Notes under the pieces: generated by a model
What the model was told of the DNA's origin: nothing
The model's input: only the letters and a program-made list of their open reading frames with translations
Database searches by the model: none
Part shown: one piece after another, positions 37,694-51,911 of the stretch
Position numbering within the stretch: position 1 is the stretch's first letter
Layout of the letters: each line of letters starts with the position of its first letter
Translations under genes and position numbers: made by a program
From: Cyanophora paradoxa CCMP329
Taxonomy: Eukaryota > Plantae > Glaucophyta
Assembly: GCA_004431415.1 (NCBI GenBank)
Contig: QPMI01000588.1
Span: forward strand, 62,001 to 126,000
Length of the DNA: 64,000 nt
Direction of reading: 5' to 3'

Positions 37694-39010
37694 ATGGCGT
37701 TCTCCACCGTCGTTCCCGTTCAGGCGGCTAGCCGTGCTGATGTCGCTCTGCGCGCCTCGACGGCCGCCCTGGCCCCCGCGCACCGGTGCTCGAGCCGGGG
37801 CCCCGTTACGTACGCGCACAAGCTGACGCTACGGCGACCGCAGGCAGGAGGCGTCGGCCGTGAGCGCTAAGGCCTCGCGTTTCCTGGGCTCCCAGCTGCA
37901 GTCGACCCGCTTTGCGGCGTCGAGCGGCCGGCGCTTTGTCTTCTCGTGCCAGGCGTCCGCGGCAACCTCCATCTTCGATGCTAAGCCGAAGGCTGACATG
38001 CCGGAGGAGGAAGTCGCGCGCCGCGAGGAGCTCGAGAACCGCCTCGGCCCGCACATCCGCGGCAAGATGATGGAGGCCGTCGAGGTTCGCCGGCCGCGCG
38101 TAGCATGCAAATGCGTGCCTGCGCTAGCTATAGCTAGCTGTCCGCCCGCGCGCCCCCTCGCTCGTGCGTCACGCGTGCCGGCAGATCAAAACGCCCGTCC
38201 TGTCGAAGGACCCGATGGAGTTCTTCGCGAAGAGCGCCGGCAACTGGAGCAGCTTCCGCTGCACGCACCACCTGGCCTTCCGCCGCATCGAGACCGGCGG
38301 CTCGGACATCAAGGTGGGCCAGATTCTTGATTGTGGGATTCGATCCACGAAGCGACGGCGGCGGCAGGTTGAGGTCATGGGCCCGGAGGACGAGCGCATC
38401 GTGGAGCTGTGCAAGGCGCACGGCGTGGACCCGTCCATGACCGTCGGCGGCGCGTACGTCTCCTGGCACGCGAACATGTCCTGGGACTCGGAGGGCGAGT
38501 CCCACGACGGTGCGGCGCCCCTCCGTTCCTTTTGTTTCTCTTCCTTCTGCACGTCCGCCTCGCTCACGGGGCGCCGGCGGCAGGCGAGACGCTGTTCGCG
38601 GTGGTGCCGCGGCCGGACAACCCGCGCGTGGGGAAGCTGCTGCGCGACCGCGGCTACGCGGAGAAGATCCCCGTGATGGGCGACTTCATGCTCGAGGAGG
38701 ACGGCTCGATGATCCTCATCACCGAGTACGACGTCATGAGCGTCCACGAGCGCCTCTTCTTCGACGGCGAGGACCGCCGCTGTGCGCCCCTCGCCTCTCC
38801 CGCGCCCCTCGGCTCTCGCTGAGCGCGCCGGCAGACCGGACGTCGACGGTCAAGGTGCACGGCGGCTTCACGACGGCGACCGTGGCGATGGAGGCGCGGC
38901 CGCAGGCGGACGGCGGGAACCCCTTCGAGGACGCCGAGCTCAAGGGCGCCGTCGAGAAGATCAAGAACATCAAGTTCACGCCCTTCCCCCCGGCCCCCAA
39001 GGCCGCGTGA
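37694..39010 (+). CDS. cpcS: Plastid-targeted S/U-type phycobiliprotein (phycocyanobilin) lyase CpcS
   Basis: DPMEFFAKSAGNWSSFRCTHHLAFRRIETGGSDI...GGAYVSW...GKLLRDRGYAEKIPVMG...LITEY...ERLFF...RTSTVKVHGGFTTAT matches the CpcS/CpeS family; Ser/Ala/Arg-rich extension begins MAF. Confidence 0.88.
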
Positions 39011-39438
39011 GCGCGCGCGCCGCCCCCCATTTCCTAGCCCTAGATCCCCCTATGCATGTGTACAGGTAGTTGCAGGCTAGCGGATGCTACAGTTCCTCCC
39101 GAATGCTGCAGTTCATTCATGTCGCGTATGAGCGTCTAATTCGATCATATGCATGTGTGATGGCCTTCCCGGCCGTGCTTTCCGGTCTGCGCATGACCGC
39201 ATGTGCGTATGTACGCGCTGGCCAGTGGCCCTTCCGCCCGCCGGCGCCTCGAGCTCGCGCGATTGGTCGAGGCACCATGTTCGAAGTTGGTCAGACGCTG
39301 ATCATGAGCTTGGTACAAATCAAGTGCGTGGGGCGACGAGGGGCGGTAGACGGTGGGTAGAGGGGAAGGGGCGCGGTCGGGGTGGTGGGCGAGGGGCGTG
39401 GGAGGGGGCGGGCCTGCCTAGGGCGCGGGGCCGGCCGC

Positions 39439-41725
<2,287 letters not shown>

Positions 41726-41861
41726 TGTGGCGGATTGGCGAGCTCGGCGCGCACGCCAATGTTATAGATTGCTGAGTGTCTCGCTACTGCGTGCCCGCTT
41801 TTGCTTTGTCCGTCCTTTCCTCGCCGTACCCGTCCGCGGGTGCTGTACCCGGCTGTTTGAA

Positions 41862-44855
41862 ATGCCGGCGCCCTTCACGCAGGCGGTGCGGCACGCCGCC
41901 GACGCGCTCAGGGCGCTGCTAGAGTGCCCGCTGTGGTTCGTGCACGGCCCGCACCACCCCACATGATCCGAGCTGACCGCCGCCGCTGCAGCAAGGACCG
42001 GTTTGAGAACCCTCACAGCCTGCCGTGCGGGCACCAGTTCTGCTCCCGCTGCATCAAGCCACAATTGGAGGCCCGGGCGCCGGTCTGCCCAGAGTGCTCA
42101 ACGCCGATTGAGAAGCATGTGGAGGTCGTCCCGAATCAGCCGCTCGCCTCGATGGTGGAGGCGTTCGTCAAGATTGAGGCCGCGCTATTTGCCGCACCCG
42201 TAAGCCGCTCCGGTGCGCGCGCGTTGCTCGTTCCCCTCGCGCCGCATTGCCCAAACGAGCGCCTGCAGGGAGCGCCCGGAGCGGCAAATCGGGGCGGAAG
42301 TCAGCGGACGCGAAGCTCTCGGGCCCATCGGACGGCGAGCAGCAGGCCGCGCGCCCGTCGCTCGACTTCTTCGCGCCGCGAAAGCGCGGCCACAGCGCGG
42401 CGGGGGAGGCGTCCTCGTCCAGGCAGCCCGCACCGACCAGGCAGTCGGAGCCGAACCGCAGGCAGTGGGTCCCGCCGGCTCGCCAGCCCGCGCCGGAGCC
42501 CGCGGCGGGAGGAGGGCTGGCCGACGAGCCGAGCCTGATCATCGTGTCGCCGCCGCGGGAGCCGCCGCCCGAGCCGGCCCCGGCGCCCATGGACGAGGAC
42601 GACGATGACGACGAAATCCTTATGCAACCGGTGCGGCCCGTCGGCCAGGCCCGCCGCTCACCAAGCGAATGACGGAGCGCAGGCATTCAGCCACGAACCT
42701 CCCCGAGCGCCGCCGCGGCCTCTTCTGCTGCGGGCAGCGCAGGCGCGCCGCCTCCCCCTGCGGCGCCTCCAGCGGCCCCTGCCCCCGCACCATCCTCCCA
42801 CCTTCCCCGCGCCCCCGCCCCTCCCGCCACGCCGGCCCCCGCGGCGCCCCCGCCGCGCGCCGGGCCCTCGAGCTCCTCGGAGGCGAGGCACAGCGGAGAC
42901 ACGACGCCGGGCGCCAGCGACTGCGGAGCGAGGTGCTGGCGTTCGCGCGGGGCCCGCGGCCGGCCCGCCCCGCCGAGCCGGCCCTCGACACGCCGCCCCG
43001 GGCGAGCAGCCGGCGGCGGCGGCCCCCGGGACAGCCGCCGACGAGACGCTCGTGCGCGGGCCGCCGCCCCTGCGCCAGGCGCTGACGGGCCGCCGGCAGG
43101 ACCGAACCGGGACGCGGAAGGGGACGCGGCGATGCCGGACGGGGCCGAGCCGGAGGGGCCCGGGCCCGGGCCCGGGGGGGCGGAGGGGAGCCCGGGGGGC
43201 AGCAGCTCGGCGGGCGGCAGCGAGGACAGCCTGAGCGCGAGGATACGGGAGGAGGAGGAGGCCATCCGGCGCCTCGAGGCCGAGATCGCCGCCAAGCGCG
43301 AGCGCGAGCGCGAGCAGCAGGCGGCGGCGGCCCCGGCCCCGGCTTCCGCGGGGGCGCCGGGGGGCGGGGCGTGGGAGGGGGCGCCCGGCTGGGACGTGGA
43401 CGACATGCGCGACGGGGAGGTGCGCCCTCTGAAGCGTGCGCTGCGCCGCCGCTGACTGCCGCCCCGCAGGGGCCCGGCGAGGCGGAGGCCGAGACGTCGC
43501 GCGAGGAGGCGGTGGAGGAGGGGCAGGGGGAGCCGGCGGAGGGAGGGCCGGAGGAGGGCGCGGCGGAGGGCGCGGAGGAGTACCCCTATGACGAGTTCGA
43601 CGAGGGGGCGGGCGGCCTGGCGCCGCCGGGGCTCGGGGCCGGGGCCGGGGCCGGGGGCCACTCCTCCTCGTCCTTGAACATCGTGCCGGAGACAATCCTC
43701 AGCCTGAACCCCGCGCAGCGGCCCTCGCCACGCAGCCCGCTGCCGCCGCCGCCGGCCCCGCCCCCGACCCTCGAGCTCGCCCAGCCCGAGCAGGAGCGCG
43801 AGCCGGAGCCCGAGCCGGCGCGGGAGCGGGTCATCCTCGCCTCGAACCTCGAGGGGCCGGACAAGGCGCTCCTGGCGGGCCTCGTCGAGCGGCTGGGCGG
43901 GGCGCGCCTCCTCGAGATCAACCCCATCCGGGACGATGGCGAGGCCGTCGCGGCGGCCGCGGCGACCGCGACGCACCTCGTCGTGGGATCGCACCCGAGC
44001 GACCCGCGCCGCCCGCGCTTCCGGACCAGCAAGTACTCCATCGGCCTCGCCCTCGGCGCATGGATCGTCGGCGACGGCTGTGCGGCCCCTCCCCCTCTTC
44101 GCCCGCGCCCCGGCCCCCTCCCCTCCCCCCCGCTGAGCGCGGGGCAGGGCTGCGGGCGAGCGAGGAGGCGGGGGCGTGGGCGGACGAGGAGGCCCACGAG
44201 ATCCTCGTCGACGACGGCGCCGAGGGCGCCCCCCGCCGCTCCCGCCTCGCCGCGCGCCCCGCCCCGCCCCGCCCGCCCGCCCCGCCCGCGCGGCCGCCGC
44301 TGACGGGCGCCGCAGCGGGAGGCGATGCGGGGGATCTTCCGGGGCGTCACGGTGCACTTCCTGGGGGCGAGGCGGGAGTACAGCCCGGGCGGGCCCCACA
44401 AGAACCCCCTCCACCTCGCCGAGGCCGCCTGCCTCGTCCTCCTCGGCGGCGGCCGCGTCCGCTGCGGGACGCGCCCGGGGGCGGCCTTCGGCCCCTCGGA
44501 GATCCTCGTCTGTCCCCGCAACTGGCCCGACGAGAGGGCCGCCGCCGCCGCCGCCAGCTACCGCCCCGTGCGCCGCCCGGGCGCCCGCCCGCCCGCCCGC
44601 CTCGACGTGACCGGCGGGGGGCAGGTGGCCGTTCTGACCGACATGTACTTGGTGGACAGCGTGGGCCGCGGCTCCCTGCTGCCCATCCGCAACTACGCGC
44701 ACAAAGGCGCCCGCGAAGCCGCCAAAGCCGGCGGCTGGCGCCTCGCGCCCCCGTTCCCCGGCGTGCCCGAGCCCCTCCCCGACGGGGACGACGACGAGGA
44801 CGAGGACGACGACGAGGGCGTTCCCCCCTCCCAGCCGCCCCCCACGCAGCCCTGA
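41862..44855 (+). CDS. RING (C3HC4) plus tandem BRCT protein, BRCA1/BARD1-like
   Basis: LECPLCKDRFENPHSLPCGHQFCSRCI...VCPECSTP; BRCT motifs ATHLVV...RTSKYSIGLALGAWIV..GWLRASEEAGAWADEEAHEI and GIFRGVTVHFLG; long disordered middle; no ankyrin repeats seen. Confidence 0.8.
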
Positions 44856-44902
44856 GCGCCTCGAGTAATCATGTGTACGCAATCGCCCTTCGAGGCCGGC
44901 TA

Positions 44903-46250
44903 CTACGAGGCCTTGGCGAGGGCGGCGTCGACGGCGCGGAGGGAGGAGATGGCCTGCTGGGCGACGAAGTCCTCGGGGTCGAGCTCGAGGTAGCGCAGGG
45001 CGGAGCGGGCCGCCTCGCCGGGGAGGCTCGAGAGCGCGTACGCCACGCGCGCCCGCATCACGGCGTCCGACGCCCCCACGTAGTCCAGCACCGCGTCCAC
45101 CACGTCCTCCCGCGCGTCCCCTGCCGCCCCCCGAGCCCTCAGAAGGGGGGCGGAGCGGGGGGAAGGGGGGTACGCCCGCACCGATCTCGGCGAGGGCGCC
45201 GATGAGGGCCTGGGTGTAGAGGCCCTCGGCCTCGTCGCGGGGCAGGTCCTTCTGCTTGCGGAGGGCGCGGACGAGGAAGTCGACGGCCTTGTCGCTCTTG
45301 CAGTTGCCGAGCGCCACGATCGCGCTGTACTGCACCAGCCAGTTCGTCTCCTCCATCACCGCCCGCACCAGCGCCTCCACCGCCGACGGGTTCTCGATGT
45401 AGCCGAGCGCCCCGGCCGCCGCCGCCCGCACGTTGTAGTCCTCCTCCGTCTCCAGCACGACCTTGAGCAGCGCGATGCACTTCGCCGGCTCCTCCTTCGC
45501 CAGCGGCACCAGCGCGAAGCCTGCCGTCCGCCGTGAGCGGAGGCAGGGCGCGGGGCGGGGCGGGGCGGGAGCGCACAGGCGTGGGACTTGACGAGCTCGT
45601 CGCGGCTCGCGTGGAGCGCGTCCTCGATGAGGGGGATGCCAATGGAGGCGGGGAAGAAGCGCAGCTCGGAGAGCGCGTTCATCGCAGGGGCAGCCTCCCG
45701 CTTGGAGAGCAGCACGCGCACGCCGTCCGCGTGCTCCTGCACGGCCGCGGCCCACGCGTCGGGACGGGCAGCCGGGGCTTAGCTGCCGGGGCGCCACACC
45801 TGCAGCTGCTCTTCGGTGTAGTTGGCGAACGTGTTCTCGACGCGGGGGCGCAAGACCATGCCGAACGGAGACGGGATCCGCTCTGGGGCCCACCGTTAGC
45901 CGCGAGCGCGATCGGCGGGCCAGGGGAGACTGCGCACCGAATTCTTCCTCGAGCAGCTGGTCGCTGGTAGGCTTTTGAGCATCCTCTGCCGCGGCTGCGG
46001 TCGCCCGCACAGGCGCTCGTGCGCACGTGGGGGCCGTGCTGAGCGGCTGAGGCATCCGAGTGCCGAAGAACCGATTCGAGACGCTATGAGAAGCATTCCA
46101 GTTCACTCCAATGCGGCGCTTGTGCGAGGCGACGCTGGAGGTCGGCCGGCCGGTCGCCGCCGGCGCGCACGAGCAGGCGGCCGCGCCGCGCTGCGGGCCG
46201 GAGGAGATACGGCCGGAGATGCAGACGAGGGTGGAAAGGTACGCTTCCAT
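44903..46250 (-). CDS. nblB: Plastid-targeted HEAT-repeat PBS-lyase-like protein, NblB type
   Basis: DYNVRAAAAGALGYIENPSAVEALVRAVMEETNWLVQYSAIVALGN...ALIGALAEIG...RARVAYALSSLP..AARSALRYLELD follows the cyanobacterial NblB pattern; transit-like N-terminus MEAYLSTLV...RFFG...VRATA. Confidence 0.75.
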
Positions 46251-46397
46251 GTTGCGGGTTGTGTCTCTTGAGAGAGCGAGGTGTTGCGAGTTGGGATTCT
46301 GTACCCCGCCCTGCGTTCGCAATGATTCGAACCCGCGATCGCTGGTGACAGCCTGGTGTGCTCAGATCGCCCTCGCTTCTCAACTAGACAATGCGAG

Positions 46398-48268
46398 CTA
46401 GTGCTCGTGGCCCGGGCCGAACAGGCTGGAGGCCTGCACGTGCACGAAGGCGCGCCCCGAGGGGTGTCCCGCTTCGCCGGCGTGCGGGCCGAACCACTCG
46501 GCGAGGCGCTCGCGGCAGGCGCGGAGCAGCGCGGCGTCTCCGGCGGGGGCGAGGACGCCGATGAGAAGGCGGCCGGCGGGGCAGCCGCGGAGGGCGGCGT
46601 AGGCGGCGAGGTCCGCCTCGCTGCGCACGCGGTGGAGCAGCTCGACGCGGCGCACCGAGGGCGGGAGCGCCGCCAGCTGCTCCGCCACGCCGGCATCCAG
46701 CGCCCCGTCGTACACGTACGCCGACCACAGCCGCAGCACGCCGCGCGCCCCCGCCGCCGCCAGGAGCCCCGCAGCGCCTCGGGGTCCGGGCCGGGGCGGC
46801 GCCCCGCCAGGCTCGCCGGCGCGGCGGACGAGGCGGAGGGAGAGGGCGGCGAGGCGCGGGGCGCGGCGGGCGGCGGAGGCGAGGGCGGCGAGGAGGGGCG
46901 CTCGGGGCGGGCCCGTCGGGCCCGTAGCGGCGCAGGTGGACGGCCACTGAGAGCTCCCGCAGCTCGGGGGCCGACCCCAGAGCCTCCAGCGCCCGCGCCG
47001 CCTCCTGCCCCGCGAGGGCGGGTCGGGGCACGGGGGGGTACGGGGAAGCGGGGCGGGGGTACCTGGACGCGGAAGACGGGGGCCTCGGCGTCGCAGTCGA
47101 GGGGGAAGGCGAGGGAGCGGAGGGCGGGGAGGCGGGCGGCGGCGGCGAGGGCCGCCGGCTCGAGCTGCTCGGGGGCCTCGCTCCCGCCAGCTCGAGGCGG
47201 GCGAGGCGGCCGGCGGCGGGGCCGGCGGCGAGCCGCGCGAAGTCGGCGGCGGGGGCCTGGAAGAACGGCACCTCGAGCCCCTCCAGGGCCCCCAGGGCCC
47301 CAGGGCCCAGCCCGCCCTCCACGACCCCGCGCACAGGCCCGCAGCCCGGCGCCGCCTCCGCCAGCGCCCCGCCGCCCCGCGTCCAGCGCGTCGTCCGGCT
47401 GCGTCCGCAGCGCGAGGGCCGCGAGCGCCGGCAGCCGCCCCAGCAGCGAGCGCAGGTGGTGGCCCTCGTACCCAGGAACCGCCGCGCCGTCAGCTCGAGG
47501 CGCGAGACGCTGGGGTGCGGGCCCTCGCCCAGCACCGAGAGGAGCGCGTCCGCCGCGCCCTCGTGCAGCGGCTGCACCCCGATCTGCCGCGGCGTTCAGG
47601 CGGGGTACGGGTTGCGCCGGGGGCGCGGGGGGTACGGGGGCGCGCCGCGTCGAGGTCCTCGTCGGCGGGGAGCTCGTCGGCGGCGATGGCGAGCTCCGCG
47701 ACGGGGCAGCGCAGGGCCCCCAGGGCGCACGCCAGCAGATCCCGCGCCCACGCCGGCTGCGCCAGCCGCAGGAGCGTGTGCGTCCCTGCGAACGACGGCG
47801 GGCGCGGCTCGGGCCTCCGGGGCGGCGGGAGGGGGCGGCGCACGCTCGGAGGTGCCGGAGGAGCGCGGGGGCAGCTCCAGCGACACGGAGAGGCGCCGCA
47901 GCTCCGCCAGGTTCACCAGGCGCGGCCAGCGCGCGCTCGCGAGGCCCGAGAAGGGCCACGCCCGCGGCGACGTCCGAGGCGCCGCGCCGGTCTCGTTCGG
48001 CCCGCACGCGTGCCGGGACACGAGCGTGCAGATCCGCCGCGTGAGCGCGACGTGCGCTTCGGCGCTGGCGCCCGCGAGCTCCCGAGCGCGGCCGGGCCGA
48101 GGTCGAGCGCAGCCCAGCGGACCTCCAGCAGCACGCGCCGGAACCGCCGACACAGCGACCAGAGCTGCGCGTGCCCGTACGCGCTGGCCAGGCCCACGGC
48201 CTCGAAGATCTGGCCCAGCACCGCGTCGTCCAGCTGGTCGAAGGCGCAGGAGGGTCCTCGGCGTCCAT
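46398..48268 (-). CDS. F-box/LRR-like protein, family A copy 1 (only copy with the long last exon)
   Basis: F-box-like FDQLDDAVLGQIFEAVG...LWSLCRRFRRVL; LRR-like LPALAALAL, LPALRSLAF, APELRELSV; apparent frameshifts lie in G/C homopolymers. Confidence 0.7.
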
Positions 48269-48765
48269 CGAGCCGTCGGTTGCGATCAGCCGCAACTTCC
48301 CGCAGCGCGAGCGACCAGCCGCTAAGAAGCAGCGCTGCTGACCACGGACGAGCAGGTTCAAGGCGGCCAAGCCCACGAAGTGCTATCAATATCGATAAGC
48401 TTTCAATTCACGGCGCTTTAGGTTCGTGCAGGATATCGCTTTAGGTTCGTGCAGCTGGGCCGCCGCCAGGGACGCGTTGGATGTTCCCATACCCCACTGC
48501 CGCTCGCCGGCGTCGCTCGGCGACGCTCGCGCCGCTCGGAGCTCGCATACGCGTGAGCTTCGGCTCTCTCTCTCGATCGTGCACTCTCTTGCACTCCGCT
48601 TCTCGTGCGCATCGATGACGGGCGACGGCAAGCGAGCCATTGAAGCCTCAAGCGAGCTCGAGGACTCGAAGCGCGCGCGTGGCCTCGAGCAACCCGAAGT
48701 GCGGAAGTACTATTCATATTCGAACGCATAATGTCGCTGTCGCTGATGATCGTCGCGTGCAGGAC

Positions 48766-51425
48766 ATGTCGATGGCGCCCGCGGCGCCCGCGGCCGCCGG
48801 CCTCGCCGAGGAAGAAGAAGAGCCGATTGCATCGCTTCCGGACGAGCTGCTCATGAAGATCCTGCGGATCGTGGCGAAAGAGGTCAGCGCACGCCCGCTG
48901 CAGCTGCTGCGCACGCGGCCGGATCATGATCTCTTGAGAGCTATATAGCTAAAGCTAGCGCTGACTCTACCTACCTCTGCTTCCTCGATAGCTGCCCTCG
49001 AACGCGGACTTTTGGAACCCCGATGACGATTTGGAATTAGAATCCGAATAAACAACTGCCAGTGGCCGGCGGCGCTGCGCGAGGCGCACGCGCTCCGCGC
49101 CGTCTGCAGGCGGTTCAAGGCGGAGATCGACGCGGCGGGCGGGCCGCTCGCGCTCTTTGAGGAAGCCAATTGGGAAGAGGGCGTCGAGCGCTGGCTGGCG
49201 GGGCGCGGCGGCGGCGTCGACGCGTTCCTCGCGAAGCGCGCGCCGCTCCTTACCGGTCTTCGCGAGGTTTCGGTCGAAGGCGATTGCAAGCACGGGGCCG
49301 CTTCCTCGCCGCCTCCCCTGCTGGCCCTCCCTTCTGTCTCTCCGCCTCTGATCCCTTCAACCGGGGCCACGGGCGAGCTCCGGGCCTGCCTCGACGCCTC
49401 GCCGCCGTCCCGGCCGGCAAGCTGAGCCTCAACCTCCTCGAGGCCGCCTTCGCTAGCGCGGCCTGCGCCGCGCTGCCCGCTTGGGCTGCCCGCGCCGTTA
49501 GGTCTGAGGATCCCGCCGCCGGCGCCGCAGGTCTACGTCGTCGACGACTACGACGACGACGAGTACAGCGAGGAGGCCTCGGCTCTGCTCGGGGCCATCG
49601 TTCGCCGCTGCACCCCTCGCTCCGCGCCCTCAGGCTGCATAGAATCGCCGTCGAAGGTAACCCTTTTGCCCGACCTCACCTCGAGCTCTTCAGTGTCCTC
49701 ACGCTGGCTGGCATGCGCAGGCCGGTGGGAGGACCTGCTTCCCACGGCGGGCCTGCGCGAGCTGCGCCTCACCTATCCGCCCGCCCGTCGCCCTCGGCGG
49801 CCTGGAGCGGGGCGGGGCGGCCGCCACCCTCGAGACTGTCGACGTCTATGGCGGCGACCTGTTCGCGGGGCGGGGCGGGCGGGACTCGGCCCTCGCCCTT
49901 GCCGCCCTCCCCGCCCTCTCCAGCCTGACAATCGGTGTCGACGTCGACGCGTCCCTTTGCTCCCCCGCGCCCCCCCCGCCCCCCGCCGGCTCCTTCCCCG
50001 CCCTGCGCTCTCTCTCCCTATCCGGCCGCTTCACGCGCTCGGACTGGTGGGCCGCCGTCCTCGCCTCCCCCGCGGGGGCCCGCCTCGAGAGCGTGCGTGC
50101 CCTTCCCACCCTCGCTTCTCACCGCGCCGCCCTCACGGGCCCCGCAGCTCTCGTTGCGTCGAGTGGGTGGCGCAGGAGGCATCCTGGCGACCCTCGACGC
50201 CTCGGGCCCGCCCCTCGCTCTGCGTGCTCTCTCTCTAGATCTGTTCGGCTGCAGCTTCGGCGGTGGGGCCGCCCCGCGCCTCGAAGGCCTCCTCGCCGCC
50301 TGCCCCGCCCTCCGTGAGCTCGACATCTCGAGCTTCGACGAGGTGCACCCCCCCCCCTCCCCCCGCCTTCCCCCCTCCCTTCTCCCCCCTCCCCCCCTCG
50401 CCTCCCCTCGCCTGCCCCCCCCCTATCCCCCCCCTCTCCTTTCTTTGCTCCTGCGAACAGCTCGAGCAGCTCTTGAAGAGGACGGAGGCCGCCAGCATGC
50501 TGATGCTCCTCGCTCGCCTCCCCGCCCTCGAGAGGCTCACCATGCGCGACAGCGTCCACCGCGAGGTGCCGCTGTACCCCCGCGCGCCTATCGGATCTGC
50601 CATCTGAGACGGTGTGGGGGCCGGCAGGATGCGGACGAGTGCGCGCCTGCCTGCCCTCGCCCGCCCGCCCGGCCCTTAGGCGTGCACGAGCTGCAGCGCC
50701 GGCGCCACGGATCCGGAGCTCCCTTCGCCCCCGCGGGTTCCTTCCCGCCCTGCGCGTCCTCGAGCTCGGGAGCCGCTCAAGAGTGCGCGTCGACTGGTGG
50801 ACCGCCGCCCTCGCCCCCCGTCGGCGCCCGCCTTCAGAGCGTGCGTGCCCCGCCAGCCTCGATGCTTAGCTCGGCGCCTTGACCCACGCGACCCGCCGCA
50901 GCTCTCGCTGGAGAAGGTTCCGGAGGCGTGGCGCATCCTGGGGCCCTCGGCGCCTCAGGCCCGGCCCTCGCTCTCCGCTCGCTCTCCGTTGAGAAGTGCC
51001 GCTTCAGGGCGGAGGAGGCCCCGCGCCTCGCCGGCCTGCTCGCCGCCTGCCCTGCCGTGAGGATCTTTGTCGTCCGCGATTGCCCAGAGGTGCAGCCCGC
51101 CCCGCGTTTCATCCGAGAGCCTTCCGCTGACGCGGCGCGGCGCCTCGCGGCGACGATCAGATATCCGAGTGCGCCCCCCTCTCCCTTCCCCCCCCCCCTC
51201 GCCCCCCTCCCCCTCCGCCCGGTCTGAGCGCGGCGGCAGGTTCCTGGCGGGCGGGGCGATGCAGAGGCGTCGGGGCCGCGCCTGCTGCGGAAGCTGGAGG
51301 CGCGCGGGGTGCACGTGTTCTGGCGAAGCTCCCGCCCCGAGCCCGACAACGCGGACATCGGCTCCGAGGACAACGAGGACATCGAGTCCGGGTACACCAG
51401 CAGCGCAGGCGGCGGTGCGGAGTGA
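48766..51425 (+). CDS. F-box/LRR-like protein, family B copy 1
   Basis: IASLPDELLMKILRIV...LRAVCRRFK; repeats LPALSSLTI, FPALRSLSL, CPALRELDI, LPALERLTM; homopolymer frameshifts. Confidence 0.72.
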
Positions 51426-51911
51426 GAACGCGGCGGGGCCGGGCCGTCGTAGGCAACATGGGGGTCCTGGGTGTAAATAGCAATACTTGCCAGTTTGTAC
51501 AAGGCAGGGGGGAGGCACGGCATGCGCACGGCCCGAGGCGAGGAGGGGGGCGGGGGCCGGCTAGCTCAGGGGTTGCAATTGTGTTTGTCAGCGGCGAGGC
51601 TGTCAGCGGGTTGGATCCCCGACCCGCGAGGACCCCTGTAGCTAGCGCTAGATCTATATATAGCTAGAAGAGAGGGGCGCTATAGAGAAATACATGTAAT
51701 AAATATATAACCTTGCGTTATAATTATAATTAACATGGATACAACCGAGAAGGAAATCGAAGCCTTGCCGACTCGGCCGCAATCACAGGCGGCCGACCTC
51801 GAAGCGGCCGCCGTTGCAGAGGAAGAGGAAGTGGAGCCGTGGCGGGCGGCGCCGCGCCGGCCGCCGCCGCGCCGCGAGCCGCCGCACGGCCGCCTCGCGA
51901 GCCGCCATGTC

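Noticed and set aside
42687-46322. 1211-aa minus-strand ORF
   Set aside because: A GC-rich stop-free read-through that strings some nblB exons to introns and to the antisense of the RING-BRCT gene; not a single protein
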